A DNA stretch of 64,000 nucleotides from Massalongia carnosa (Eukaryota): positions 1,550,001 to 1,614,000 of the forward strand of contig OZ287072.1 in assembly GCA_965645245.1 (NCBI GenBank), in the 5' to 3' direction. The translations under genes were made by a program, and so were the position numbers. The notes beneath the pieces were generated by a model. That model saw only the letters and a list, made by a program, of their open reading frames with translations. It ran no database searches and was not told the DNA's origin. Position 1 is the first letter of the stretch, and each line of letters opens with the position of its first letter. Below are positions 38,100-51,802 of the stretch, in pieces.

Positions 38100-39667
38100 G
38101 AGGGCACCCAGCGCACGATGTTGTGTGGCGGATTATTTCGCTGCAAAACACGCCTAATTAGTATTTGATCTGTTCGAGACCATGCTCCGGCTGAGGAGCA
38201 GAAATATTACCTAACAGCGAAGGTTTGCTTGGTTGTTATTGTTCCTAAGATTATGACGAATGATAAGATTCTTTGCCTTGTTTGCGAAATTTGAGCGGAG
38301 TCACAAGATTTCCAGATGCAAGCACGATCAACACTTCGACAATCAGTAAAGACGTCGTCTGGTCCTTCAAATGGCAATTATGAAGTCGAATGTGCATAGA
38401 CAATGAATGCTTTCGTGGAGTGTAGTTGATCCAGGCGCCACTTGCTTTCTCCTAGGAGTCGTCCTACGTGATATTATGTCGAACTGCCTGCAGCCCCCGT
38501 AAATGCTGATGAATGCCTTCTACTGCATCAACCCAGCCAAACTTTTAAAACGTCACGTCGTGTAACTAGAATGTGGTTTCAGCGTTGCCAAAGGAGACGG
38601 TTTTCGGAGTTTTCTTTAGCAAGCAGTTGTGGAGTGTAGCGACAGTGAATAAGTATGTCTTAGAAAGACAACGCGGGAAAATAAACGATTAAAGAGTGAA
38701 CGTAGCTGGTGTCGCTATGATGAAGATTGTCTGACAACGAATGATGGTGCTGAAACCGGAAAATATCTCAAAAACGGACTTGCACTATTTTTTTCTTCCC
38801 TCCACCTCAACACGAAAGATGATGATCAGTTAATTTGGTTTGTTGTAATTTCACGTTCACGGAAGAGAGGGAGAAGGGGGTTTCCCCGTGGCGGGTCCCG
38901 GGTAACCGAAATGAGCTCTTGACGCGGCGCCAGTTGTCATTTATTCCGTATCGGGAAACCCTCCCTTCCTTATCTTGTCTCGTGTCCAATCGATTTTCTG
39001 ACTAATCTAGCTAAATCGACGGATCTCCAAAACCAGACGGTCAAAATTTTGACCCTTACTCGTATAACATTCAAGTTTCGCACTGCAACAATGTGTCTGG
39101 TCCGGTCACATTGGGGCTGCTATGGACACCTACTCTGATGTTCTTTTTTTCAGGTATTTGGGGCTAGCAAAGTAATAAAGTTTTCGGAGTTTCTACGTCT
39201 TCATCATCAAACAATCACAATAAAATACAGATCAGGGATGACGATAATTAAATGTCAGCTACAATGGAGATGTCCTGGTCCAGACCGTGTTTACAGAAAA
39301 TAGTCTGTACAAAGTCGCGGAGAATGGAAATACCAAGGGTCTAGCTTGTTTAAGCGTGGCGACACGCGCTCTAGACCCCTGGGCGGATCATATACATACC
39401 TTGTACTAGGTACCTAGTTACCTAAAGGTCTAGGCTCAACGTGCCTACCAATCCACAAGCCACCACAAGCCGAGGCTGAAGTTTCCTTTTAGCCAGCCGC
39501 GGGTTACACATTGACCTGAAACAAAATGAATCTTGATCTCCTTTTTCTATTGCGATCATGCAACAACGATGAACGATAGACCATCAGGAATTGCTCCACC
39601 TTGGAGTCAAAAGGAGATAAGACAAAGTTGAAGATATGAGGACAGCATACGCCGTGTGCATTTCTGC

Positions 39668-42600
39668 CTAGCTATAGTACCTTGGCTCATTGAACACATG
39701 ATATTTGTGGCCTCGTCTACCCTCGCCGCGGAATATGGAAGGGAAGCGTAGACCAGGAGCAACTTTATCTTCATCGATCCGTTCATTGCCGCCCTCGGGT
39801 TGGCCAACGATGAACTTCCCAACCTAAGATCGCCTGAGTTAGCATATGTATGATATTGTAATTCACAGAAATAGAGCGTACCTGGAGCTCCGTGTCTGTG
39901 ATGGTGGACCTGCTCACACGTGCATATCCAGAACGTTTGATCCCCTTGTATAGTATATATTCGCACCATCTATCTGAATCGGTAGGGTCGATATCTTTCA
40001 TCCCGCTTTTCTTGCCAACATATGTATTGTAGTTCCCTTCATTGGGCTTGATAACCAGATAGCTCAGTAATATCAGTGGCCTCGGCGATTCCCGCGTAAG
40101 CCGAGCCAGATATTCCGACTGAAGCCTTCGATCTTCTGGATCTTCATCCTGCCCCGAGTGGAAGACGACGACGTCAATGAGTTCCCCGTACGCATTAAGA
40201 GTCGCATGAATTGCTGGAGCTAACTCTCCGACCGGCGATGGAAGCAGATGATGAGTCGAGTTCAGAATTGGGAACTTGGACAGCAGAGCGGCGCCCCACG
40301 TGTGCTTGTTTGGACCAGGACCGTAATCTACATACATACCGAGATCTTCGGCGATGAATTGCGTAGTGTCACGATTTCCCATAATAATTCTTTGGAGATC
40401 TGATTCAAGAAATCCAATGACGTCAATTTCGAGTTCCTTGACTAAATCGCGTATTCGTCGCTCTGAGGACCACATGTCATTATCCAGTGAGAAATGGATA
40501 GTCCAAATGCCAGCCGTGATGACCTTGTCATCTTTGTGATGCGGGGAGTAATTGTTAGTGGGGAACCGCAGATATGATATGGATACAGCCAGCAACTCCA
40601 AAAAGATAAGCACATAAACATAGTACGAAGTATGCGTGCTTGAAGCCTGCTTGCTGGACCTTCTTTGTCCTTTGGCAGAGCTAGTAGATCCTGATGCGGC
40701 GTAGATACCAGTTCCAATGAGTAGTACTGTTACCGTCATGACCCAGTCAGTGTGCTCTCGCATGATTGGCCCACCCGGTACAAATGCATAAGCAACAACC
40801 CATACATGAGCCAAAACTAGGATATTGTATATCAAAAAACCCAGCCCAAAGGTCATGGGACCTTGGCGCACCGCGGAAGTAATCAGTGTTGGGGTAGCTG
40901 ACATTAAGTTAGATGCCAGGAAAAGGGCGCCGAGATAACCTCTCCAGTTACTATAGTTTGATAGAAAAAACGCGCCAATGCTAATGACGGAGAGACTCGC
41001 GTAGTTTGAAATTTTGTCTTGAAGGAGGATGCCAACGACGATACCAAAGCCCATTGCCATTATAGTAAGTATACCGTTGGCAGCAATAGGACCTTGCACA
41101 GGAAACCCCTCCCAAACCCAGAGTATCATAGTGCTTGAGTCGGAGAGTAGGGAATGCAGCCCAAAGAGCAGTCCACCAAATCCCAGGCCAGCCAGAATTG
41201 GAGAGCTCTGTGATTCATGAGATGTTTCAAGGCCACTTCGACTCTCACGGACGCGCCTGGATGAACGAATAATAGCAGCAACGGCAAGGGAAAGACCTAT
41301 TTTGTTCCATCCTCCATTCTCCGGATGCACAATAGGCCAGATAGGGTTACTAGTCCGGAATGCAAATTTAGCGATACTTGATGCTATCAAGCCAATGCTC
41401 CAAGCTAAGATCTTTGCCTCTAAGCGATCAGCCTGAGATCGTTCGGCATAAAACGTGGCTGACCAAGCAAGACACGACAGTGCTACACCGAATGCCACAG
41501 AGAAAAGTCGATATTCTGGGGATAGCACGAGATAGGCCGCAAGTCCTGTGAGGGAAAGAAGGTGGATGAATCGTACGTAAGTTGTAGCGAGGGAACGAAC
41601 GGGCCGAATCCCTAGCAAAAATGGAGAGACGGTGCACATAACCACAACCTCGTAACCAGATATGCCCATATGCCATAATGGGAAGTCTATGTATATTAGC
41701 ATCAATACCAAACAGCAATCGAGATTGAAATACTGACACCAAACGGTAAGCCCAAGAGATGTCAGCATTGACCAAAACACGAACTTGACCTTATGTTAGC
41801 AGAGCTGACTACATCAGCAGACAGGTTATAAGTGTACTAACACCGTTATAGATATCGGCAGCTGCATCGATAGTTGCAGACCATGAAAAACCAGCGCCAA
41901 ATATCTTACCCACGGGCTTGTCTTTTCTGATGAAAAATAAGATTATTGATCAGGCTCTCTTCGTTGGCGGTACTTACTCTTTCTCTAACATAGCATCGCC
42001 TACTTGTTGATTTTTACTGTTAAGAAAGACTAGTTAACAAAATGGGCCGAGATAGCATAGCATCATCTATCATCATACATTTATTTTGGGAGCCAATACA
42101 CATACCCTCTGCTAGAACCCTTGACTTCACGGACAACGAGTTCAAGGCCGTCGAAATCCAAAGCCGTGACTGCATCGAAGCCGACATCAAATAGTACAAG
42201 CGCCCATTCGAAGAATGCGTAAATAGTATATGCTAGGCCCATGTCAGCACGTCAGCACGGTGTCTGGGGATCTTTGGTACCCACCACCTGCAACTTTGTG
42301 GACTTTGTGTTGAATGAAGAAGTAGATTAAAGGTATTAAAGTACCAAAGAAACATCCTGCTAATCTTTTTCTATATTTTACCGCTCGCGGATTCTGCGGA
42401 CTCAAGGCAAGGCAGCCAAGCGTCCACGGGAGCGTAGCCACCAGATACGAGATCATAAATATGTCATGCCAGCCATGGTCGTCTGTGGACGTAACGTATG
42501 TCCAGCCACCACAAGTAATTGTACGAAAAACCCCCACACCTGCGATGAACTTGGGCAAAGCCGAGTTTGGGCGAGTGGTAAGCATATACCATAGGAATAC

Positions 42601-42972
42601 GAGGACAAAGCGAGGACCTTGGTCATTTATATTCAGTGGATGAATACCTGATAGGTAGAAGCTATAATCTACCTGATGTAATTGCGATAAAGAATTGAAA
42701 TACAGAACGCTCCGGATATCGATCACCAATTGTAGCAGACACTGAAGGAAACCACTCCTGAGGATATCCCTTCAAGTAATTAGATCAAATTTTGAGTACT
42801 TGTATACTGAACTTACGTAGTATTCGTTCTCGACAATCTTATGGTAATGGAGATACAGTCCAGTGATCAACGCGCCGAGAAAGGCAGAGTATGCCGCGAG
42901 AGTGTGAGCCCAGGAAATCCATTTGCCTGATAATACCACCACCACTTCGCCATCCTTAACTTTTGATGCCAT
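39668..42972 (-). CDS. CWH43: Calcofluor white hypersensitive protein Cwh43 (Frag1/PGAP2 plus PGAP2IP domain), multi-exon
   Basis: [94 protein letters not shown]. Confidence 0.94.
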
Positions 42973-43230
42973 ACCCAGTTGACAAGTACACACAGAAAAC
43001 AAGAGGGCTAAAAAGCCATTTATTTGATTGCGGACTGTAGAGTGATATGGTAGCTTGGTGCTTGCCTTAGTACTATACCTCAGACGTGCCCGGCTAAGTC
43101 CCTTCAGGTTAGCCTTACAGAAAGTTAGTTAAGTCACTTCGGGTTAACAAGCTGCTTTTCTTTAGCACTTTATCCTTGTTGAACATAACAACACCACATC
43201 ATAAAACTCGCAACATTGTATTAAACTCTA

Positions 43231-44654
43231 ATGGCTGGTACTAGTGATAAAGCTCGATTCTACCTTGAGCAGTCCGTCCCAGAGTTGCAAGATCTTTTGC
43301 GAAAAAAAATATTCACCAAAGTCAGTGCCGTCTGCAGCAACACCCTCCACTTTTGAATCTAATAAGATGGAAGACAGAAATTACGTCCATTGCAAAAAGA
43401 AGGTCTGAGTTTGAACACAGAATAAATGCGCGGGGGTCACAGTCCTCGGATTATGCTCGCTATACAGAGTATGAGATGAATCTTGAATCATTGCGCCGCA
43501 AGCGAGTGAAGAGGATGGGCATCAAAATTAGCATGCATGCTGGGCAGCGGCGCATCCTTTTCGTTCTGGAACGCGCAACAAAGAAGTTTCATGGTGACAT
43601 CGCACTATGGATGCAATACATAGAATTTGCCCGGAAGCAAAAGGCAAATAAAAAGCTTTCTGAGATTCTTACCAGTGTCCTTCGCATGCATCCTGGGAAT
43701 CCAGATCTCTGGATTTACGCTGCCGATTACGCTTTAGAGGGACGGAATGATATGAAAGAAGCAAGAAGCTACATGCAGAGAGCTTTGAGATTCTGCAAGA
43801 ACTCAGAAATTACATGGCTTGAATATGCGAGGTTGGAGATGATTTACATCACCAGAATCTCACAGCGAGGACGAGCCTTGAACCGGAACGGTGACACCTC
43901 AAATAAAGATTTTGTTTCCGGTGCTGATGGCGGAGCTGGAGACATTGTTACTCTCCCTCCAATTCCAAACCCTTATTCTGACCCCAACGTTCATGCAGAT
44001 GATTCGCTTGATCAAAAAATACTCCAAGAGCTTGAAGCAACCCCTGTTCTATCCGGAGCCATACCAATGGCAATATTTGATGGCGCTATGGGACAATTTC
44101 CTGGAAACTCTACTCTTGGCCTGCATTTCTTTGATATTGTAGGCGACTTCCCAGGTGTGCCATGTACGAGAAGCATTTTACAACATATTCTCGACCATCT
44201 CCTCGCTGTTGCGCCATTAGATTCTACCACCCTGCTCTGCTTCATTCGCCAACCCGTTATTGGCATCGAAACTATATCACCCGATTTTCCGGTAGCTTTA
44301 GGAGTATCGTTGAATCGTTTAGAATCTGTCTTAATGGCAAACATACCTTCTGCAGAGCTAACGAAAAACTTTAGCTGCCGATATACACTTTGCCAGCAGA
44401 TTATAGAATGGATACTCTCGTTTATTGTCGAGGGTCTAGATACTGACATCCACAAAGTGCTATCCATGACGCTACGGAAACTGTGGAGTCTGTATCATGA
44501 AGCCATCCAGCAAGCTCCTGGAACAGACAGTGGTAGTTTTGCGAAGGTCTTCAACGAGCTTCAAAGTGCAGGGTACCAGGACTTAGTAGATCCAGCAAAG
44601 GGAACAGCATTGCACTTGTGGCCTAATGATCGCAAGCTCCTAAACCTTCAATAA
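43231..44654 (+). CDS. UTP6: U3 snoRNP-associated protein Utp6 (HAT repeats)
   Basis: Exon 1 MAGTSDKARFYLEQSVPELQDL..KIFTK, intron at about 43321-43373, then EITSIAKRRSEFEH, YEMNLESLRRKR and HAT-like W..Y repeats. Confidence 0.9.
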
Positions 44655-44677
44655 TAGGGCGTGGAGCTTGTATTAGT

Positions 44678-45408
44678 TTAATAATCTGCACCTCCACTAT
44701 CTACCTTCCGGGAGCGTTTCTTTCCACTATGAGACTTCTTAGCCCTGAGCCGAGCTTCATTCCCTTCTTTCTGCCTTTGTTTTTGCCGGTCAGCCAGATC
44801 GGTGATTTCTGATAGTTATAAATGAAATGGAGAAAACGACATACAATCTTCGAACCTTAGCAACGTGTTCAGGCGATGTTTCTCCCTTTACAGCATGCTT
44901 ACCAGCATCAAGCACCAGAAGGTTAAGCTTGTGAAAGCACTCCTGCACGTTGGCGGTCTGCTTCCGGCTTCCATCGGCCTGAATTACCAAACTTTGAGAT
45001 CTCTCTGCAAAGTACTTAGATGCTCGTAGTTGCGGGAGGAGAACATCAGGAATGATATATGATAGGTCCTTCATCTGAAAACGGACCGTTGCTTTAGAAT
45101 TCACTCTGTGGAGTATAAGCACCTATCAACCAACAGTGGGACTAACTGTAATATTACTTATTGACATTTTGGCCACCAGGCCCAGACGACCTGCTAAAAG
45201 AAATATCACCTAGATCTCGGGAAATTGTGTTGGGATTGAATCGGTTAAGCCATTCTCTTGCATCTGCCTGGTCTTGATCTGAAAAATCCTCGGAGTTGTG
45301 TGTCGTGGTAGAGGTAGAGATATGACTGAATCGATCAATGCAATGGGGCTTTGATGGAATGAGCTGTGCCAGCTTTGTTGTCAACGAAATGCGTATAGTT
45401 GCCGCCAT
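44678..45408 (-). CDS. Mitochondrial peptidyl-tRNA hydrolase / codon-independent release factor (ICT1/Pth4-like), 3 exons
   Basis: FSRSSGPGGQNVNK-VNSKAT GGQ motif, IQADGSRKQTANVQEC, basic C-terminal tail. Confidence 0.88.
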
Positions 45409-46000
45409 CCCAAGCTCGGTCAATTTGCTAGACATACTCAAGGTAAAACATCTTGACTTAGAGACAGGTACTCTGTAGATAATCCAGATGGAGAGCTTAA
45501 CCTCGAAATCCAAAGCAGGAAGTGAATTGGTGATTTTGGCACGTGATACCCGACAACAAGTCGAAAATTCTCTTCTCCACTTCAAGTACACGAATAAGTA
45601 TCAACCGTACGGTACTCTGTACCATCTTACGCTGTCACCGTGCCACCATAACCTGCACTGCTCACAACATCGATATCTTACTCAAAATTTCCATCATACT
45701 ATATCAACTCCCACGAAATTCTCTTTCCCTATCCTCCATTCTTGCTACACATATCAAGGTTTGTCAGAACCTACCACCACTACTCTTGAAGTGGAATTCA
45801 ACCGCTATCCATATCGCAACTCACCACTCCTGCGCTGCACCTTCCAAAGCATTCAAAACATCCAGTCGCTCCTAAGATCACCTTGCGCTCGGGTCATGTG
45901 GGCATACCATCAAGTCTTCTAGCTCTCCTGTCCCTTAACACAAAGCCCCATGTCGTAATTAATTATCTACCTCGACCACTCCACTCCATCTATCGCGCCC

Positions 46001-48937
46001 ATGACTTCTAGTCCGCCTTCTGAAGCACCATATTTTGGGAAGTCGTTAACCCCCGAAAGCCCAATTCCTCTTCATATCCCTGAGCCATCCAACATACCTA
46101 TTCTTCAAAATCAGATTGATCCGATCTTCAACCAAATGTCTACACATATGGAGCAACATTTGGGCCCGAGAAATACGGTTTTGAGCACTACGCAACACGC
46201 TTTCACGGGTCTGACCTATACTCCAGAAGGTTTTACCGACGGTGATACTATGTTAGTTCATGGAGGAGGTCTTCAAGACGATAACAGATCCAAAGGCGAT
46301 GGCGATAGTGGATATGTCACATTGCAAGGGATTGCGGGGTTACAGCAGCAGCAGCAGCAGAGTAAAGATGCTTTGCAAAATCTTTCACCTTCGCCTGTTC
46401 TTCAGCCAACTTCATCTGTCGTTGCCTTTGACAATACCTCGCCAGCGCTGCCTCCAAGCCAAAACCAGACCATCTCCGAAGAGCCAACCCACCAGACCTT
46501 AGACCCCTTTGAGCCCCCCCAAGATGCTTCCATGACCCAGGGTTCACACATCATAGGGCATGATCCACCAGACGAACGCAATAATATTGTGCAATCCACC
46601 GATACGGACGTGAATGGAGGTGTGAATTATCAGACTTTGCTGGATAACCTCTCCCCCTCCACTGCTACCGCTCCCAGCGCTGACAACATCCCATCAATAA
46701 CAACAGCTGCTCCGTCGGATGCAGCCAGTGTTCCCCGATCAAGTAGTGTTGATTCCCCTATCGGCGCTCTTCCCATCCCCGCTGGCCTTCCGCCGCGGCC
46801 GCCGCCACAAGAAAAGCCGGCCATTCATCCAAACTATACTCCCGGAGAAGATATACGATCATATCATTATCCCCACACTCAAACCTCCAATTCCCATTCT
46901 TCTTACTCCTCGCAACCCAGTAATTCGTACCGATCTTCACAGGGTTACCATCATTCCGTTTCGGGCCCTGCTGTTGGTGCCAATGGCCTCCCCCCTCCAC
47001 CCCTTGCTACCTTCCAACAGCCTACGCAGAATGCAGGCCCAACGCAACAAAGTCCTCTCACGTCGCTATCCCGTCAGAAGGATTCGTTGGCAAGGAAGGG
47101 CGAGAATGTTACGCTGCCAGCTAGTGAAGAGGAAGATGAAGTGCCTTGGAGTCCTGATATAGAGAGGAAATACGCACAATTTCTACACGATGAGGCAATA
47201 TACGTGACTGAAGGGCTTTGGGATAGGTTTCCACCAGGTTCTAGGCTTTTTGTCGGTAAGATTACGCCTGTTGCAAGACAGCTATGGGTTCTGCTAACAG
47301 GGGCACCTAGGTAACCTGTATACCGAGAAGGTCACCAAGCGCGATCTCTTTTATGCTTTCCACAAATACGGTAGATTGGCACAAGTGTCTATCAAAAATG
47401 CTTATGGATTCATTCAGTATCTCGATTCAAACTCGTGCTCACATGCGCTCCAGTCTGAGCAAGGCATGGCAATTCGAGGGAGAAAAATGCGTGAGTAAGC
47501 CTTTGTTAAGCACATGGTTGACCGCTGTTAATAATTCTCAAGACCTTGAAATTTCCAAGCCACAGAAGAATACTCGGAATGCAGCAGCGACGGCGGCTGG
47601 AGATAGCTTGCGAGCAGGATATGGCAGACGATCCCGATCTCCAGAATATGGGCGTGGAATATCCCAACGAGGCTCTGTCCAACGGGGAGGAGGGTTTGGA
47701 GTTGACCGAGGTGTTCCCCAAGGTGGCTATCGAGATGAACCCAGACGTAGAGACGATTATCGCCCGGGACGATCGCCCTCACCAAGGGGGTTTCGTGGGC
47801 GGGATGAGTATCGCGGAGGCCGAGAGAGAAGTTTAGATCGGTATTATGGGGGACGCCGGAGTCGGTCAAGATCGCCTTACAACAGAAATGGACGTTATAG
47901 AAGTCGCAGCCCAAGAAGTCGAGATCCGGATGACGAAGCAGATTTGCCTATTCCAAGGCGCGATTCAAGGGATGTGCCTGATGTTCAAATGATATTGGTG
48001 GATGAAGTTGACAGGTAAGGAGACATTCAGGCTCCTTACCGCCAGTGGCTAACGCCCTAGCAGGACCTTCGTCGCCTATATTGAGAAGTCTTTCCGTGAC
48101 CGCGGTCTTCGTTGTGATGCCTTTCAGCTACCGCGAGTATCTCTGGCAGCTGTCGTCAAAAGGCAAATCCTTGAAGGGGTTCAAGCCGTCGTCAAAATTT
48201 TTCGCCAGTCCCAAATCACCGGCAAGATACCTTTACAAGTATTTGATCGCAGCGGAGGTGTAGATAACATCCGCTTTGAAGGTAATGATTTACGTTCATC
48301 TCATGATCTCAATGCTTACTAATGTGTGCCATCAGAGTATGACGAACTGGATGCAAATATCGCTGCTGAACTTGTAATTCGAGCAAAATCTACACACCTG
48401 GCGCCCACACCCGGACCTGGACTTGGGGCTTACAACGCCGTTCCTACATACGGAGCACCCCAATATGCCCAAACTCCACAGCAGTTACCACCACAGCAGC
48501 TTCAATCACCTGCAGCTAACCCAAACCTTGCGAATCTTATTACCTCAATGGATGGTCCTGCTCTTCAGAAGCTCCTTGGCGCTATGGCGCAGAACCCGCA
48601 AACCCCTCAAAGCGCCCCCAATCCGCAATCTCAAACCTCACAGCAAACTCAAATCCCCGACTTGGCTGCGTTGCTTAGCAGCGTTACGCGTCAACAAGCC
48701 GCACAGCCACACGGGTATCCGTACGCTCAACAGCAGCAACAATCGCAACCAGCCCCTTACTCGACACCAGCCTCTAATCTTTCCTTTGCAAACAATTCCG
48801 CTTTATCTTCGCTACTTAGCAATACTGGTAATAGGCCTCCGCAGCAGGGCATGTTAAACCAAGAGCAGCAAATGCAGCCGGTACAACAGCACCATGTTCA
48901 AAACATTATGGAGCAGCTCGCCAGATGGAAACAGTGA
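46001..48937 (+). CDS. Nab3-like RRM RNA-binding protein with RS/RG-rich and Q-rich regions, multi-exon
   Basis: FPPGSRLFVG-NLYTEKVTKRDLF..YGRLAQVSIKNAYGFIQY..-LEISKPQ RRM; RSRSRSP region; anticodon-binding-like VPDVQMIL..EGVQAVV block. Confidence 0.82.
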
Positions 48938-49367
48938 ACTATGTGTCTTGGCCTTGGAGAAGACTTTTGCTCGCGGTATACCACGTGCCTTCAAAATTTC
49001 ACCAGGGGCATATTCCCGCCGCTGCCTTAGCGTTCTCCGGGCTGAATATTTTGAGCGTTCCTCAGCAGCAAAATATGTAGATAGACTCGGCCGAGAAGTG
49101 TAGGTAGCCTGTCACTGCTATTGCATTGGTGAAATACGTCTCTACAATGAACCAACTCTGCAACCCGAACTCAAGAAGACCTTATCGGAAAGGTTGATTT
49201 AGTTATTGAGCTGAATTATCAATCTATACGTGACCGTGCCTGTTGTGATCAGCTTGAGAGCAGTATTATACAATTCCACCTCCCAACCCTAAACCGTTGG
49301 AGATGCGATATCCAGCCTTTGACACCGCCCACCCCTACCCCCGGGTCCCGGGCCTCGGGCCTCGGGC

Positions 49368-50483
49368 TTAACCAGTCCCCCATGCCGAAGGTCCCTCTAA
49401 TATCAACGCCGTCAGTGGCCGCTTTTTCCTTGCCTGCAGCCAGCCCTTCAGCTCCTCCCTCACCGCCCCGTCCGTCTTTCCCGAAACGTTTAACCCCCTC
49501 GTCTCCGCCGCCAGCTTCACCTCCTCCTCCTCCAGACCCTGCGCGCCCCCGTCTCGCTCGATCGCCCTGTCGTCGAGCTCGAGCTCATGTAGCCTCCGCT
49601 CCACCCGGCGGCGGATCGCCCACGTCGGCTTCGCAGGCAAACGGTCCCACCACGCAGGATACGCGCCCAGGATTTGGCCCACTCGGACTGCATGTTCTCC
49701 TTCTGCGCCCCGCGCTCCCGCGGATGGTTTTTCCGATGATCCAGAAGAAGTCGCCAATGGGGACGTGGACGTAGATTCGTACGCCAGCCGCCGCCGCTCC
49801 TCGGCCTTCTCGCGCGCGCGCTGCACCTGCTTGGGGATCCACAGCGTTCGCGGCACCAACCCGCTCAGCGCGATCACTACCAGCGGCGTGAACTCGCCGC
49901 ACACAAGGTACATGAGCACGAACAGCGGGATCTTGCGCACATCGTTGCTCGTGCGGTGCAGCAGCTGAAACTCAGCGCGGGACAGGAGGCCGCGCTTGAC
50001 TGCCTCTTCGACGGTACCGGTGGCTGCGGCGTCGGCGGATGAAGAAGAGGAAGAAGAGGAGGAGGAGGAGGAGGAGGAGGAAAGGCGGGCGCGCAGGACT
50101 CGAGAGGCACGGTGGTTTTGCCAGATGGCGCGGATGCCGGACTTGTAGAAGTTCACGTAGGCTTTTCCGAGCGCGAAGTAGTAGGAGAAGACCGATTGGG
50201 AGGGAGTGCGGCTGGGGGGAAGGTCGAGGGGTGGGGGGCGGGCTGTGGGAGGGGGGTTGAGTTTCAAGGCTAACTGTTGGAGGGCTGCGAATTCGGGTTT
50301 AGAGGGGGAGGACGAGGTTGCTGTGGCTGGGCTGCGTGCGGGTGGGTTTGGGGAGGGATTGGCGTGGTTTGTGGAGAGGCGGGAGGCGGAGAGGTGGAGG
50401 TGGAATGGGAAGGGGGTTGGTCGTAAGGAAAGGTGGGCATAGCGCACGCAGCGTAGGCTTGCGGGTGGCGCTCTAGAAAGCAT
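49368..50483 (-). CDS. Mitochondrial LETM1-domain (Pnt1-like) protein
   Basis: Arg/Ser-rich presequence; GKAYVNFYKSGI, DVRKIPLFVLMYLVCGEFTPLVV..VPRT, LELDDRAI..EEVKLAAETRG. Confidence 0.8.
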   Translation of the reverse strand: MLSRAPPASLRCVRYAHLSLRPTPFPFHLHLSASRLSTNHANPSPNPPARSPATATSSSPSKPEFAALQQLALKLNPPPTARPPPLDLPPSRTPSQSVFSYYFALGKAYVNFYKSGIRAIWQNHRASRVLRARLSSSSSSSSSSSSSSSADAAATGTVEEAVKRGLLSRAEFQLLHRTSNDVRKIPLFVLMYLVCGEFTPLVVIALSGLVPRTLWIPKQVQRAREKAEERRRLAYESTSTSPLATSSGSSEKPSAGARGAEGEHAVRVGQILGAYPAWWDRLPAKPTWAIRRRVERRLHELELDDRAIERDGGAQGLEEEEVKLAAETRGLNVSGKTDGAVREELKGWLQARKKRPLTALILEGPSAWGTG

Positions 50484-50689
50484 AGCTATGGATACGTATA
50501 TTGTAACACAAGCAATCGGAGGGTTGTAAAGTCCTTTTCGTAGTCTCCGTTTGCTGGTGTGTTTTGGGGGGAATGCGGATGGGAAAGGGTTCGGGTTTTT
50601 ACCTAAGTAAAAATTTTTTTAAACAAGGAATCAACCCCCACACGAAACGTTGCAGCTACGTAATTCCTCACTTTACCCTCGCAGCGAGA

Positions 50690-51545
50690 ATGCCCGACAA
50701 GGCGACTAGGTGAGTGATGTATTCCGAATATGTATTTCTCAACGGAACTGTGGCACGCACTCACTAAACCGAATTAGCCAAAAGGCGCCAACCAACCCTC
50801 GAGGAATCCCGTATGCGCCGTTCGTGAACAAGGTCGAGGACTACGTTGCCTCACGAGCCGAGGTGGACGGCACGATGAAGAATTTCCAGGAACTGATATC
50901 GTACGAGTGGTCTCGGTCGTGTGGTCGTACAGCAGCAGCAGCTGATGGAGCTTTCCGCCTGAAACAGGAAATACCAGTTCATGGAAGCCAACACGCAACG
51001 GCGAGGGGCAGGATTGAAGGAGAAGATCCCCGACATACAGAAAACACTCGATACGGTGCAGTTTCTCAAGACCCGGAAGGTTGGTCCATCGCCACCGCTG
51101 TCTGCAGGTGGGGGGTTCGCTGCTAAGTCGCATTGTCCGTCCCTTCAGCCCGACTCGGATCCCATTGAGGCCACGTTCGAGCTCAACGATACCCTCTACG
51201 CCAAAGCGCTCGTGCCACCTACGGACGAAGTCTACCTGTGGCTCGGCGCCAACGTCATGCTCTCGTACCCTATTGTTGAGGCCGAGACGCTGCTGGAGTC
51301 GAAGCTCTCGGCCGCGCAGGAAAGTTTGGGGAATTGCGAGGAGGATTTGGATTTTTTGCGGGAACAGATCACGGTGAGTTTACCCTCCGGGACAGCAAGA
51401 TGGGCGGGTTTCTGACCGTGGGCTTTAGACGCTTGAGGTGGCGACGGCGAGGGTGTACAACTGGGATGTCACGCAAAAGCGAAAAGAGAAGGCTGAACAA
51501 GGGGAGGATGGGGAAGGGGATGGGAAGATCCCACCTAATGGCTGA
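50690..51545 (+). CDS. PAC10: Prefoldin subunit 3 (Pac10/Gim2), 5 exons
   Basis: TNPRGIPYAPFV, KYQFME, FELNDTLYAKA, VYLWLGANVMLSYP, DLDFLREQIT-TLEVATARVYNWDV. Confidence 0.94.
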
Positions 51546-51704
51546 CATCGAGGGATTTCGACCGCATTTGATCTGGTAAAGGGCTTCTCCCAACCGCATG
51601 TCACGAGGGATCCATGATGATATGACACGCCAAACCTACCCACTACCGCCTTGGGAATGACAGCCGGCAACCGTTCTCCATTGTTATCAGGGGGGGGGAG
51701 AGTA

Positions 51705-51802
51705 GGATGTAGGATGTAGGATGTGGGATGTGGGATGTGGGATGTGGGATGTGGGATGTGGGATGTGGGATGTGGGATGTGGGATGTGGGATGTGGGATG
51801 TG
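51705..51802. repeat. 7-bp tandem repeat (GGATGTA)x2 followed by (GGATGTG)x12
   Basis: Read directly from the sequence. Confidence 0.95.
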
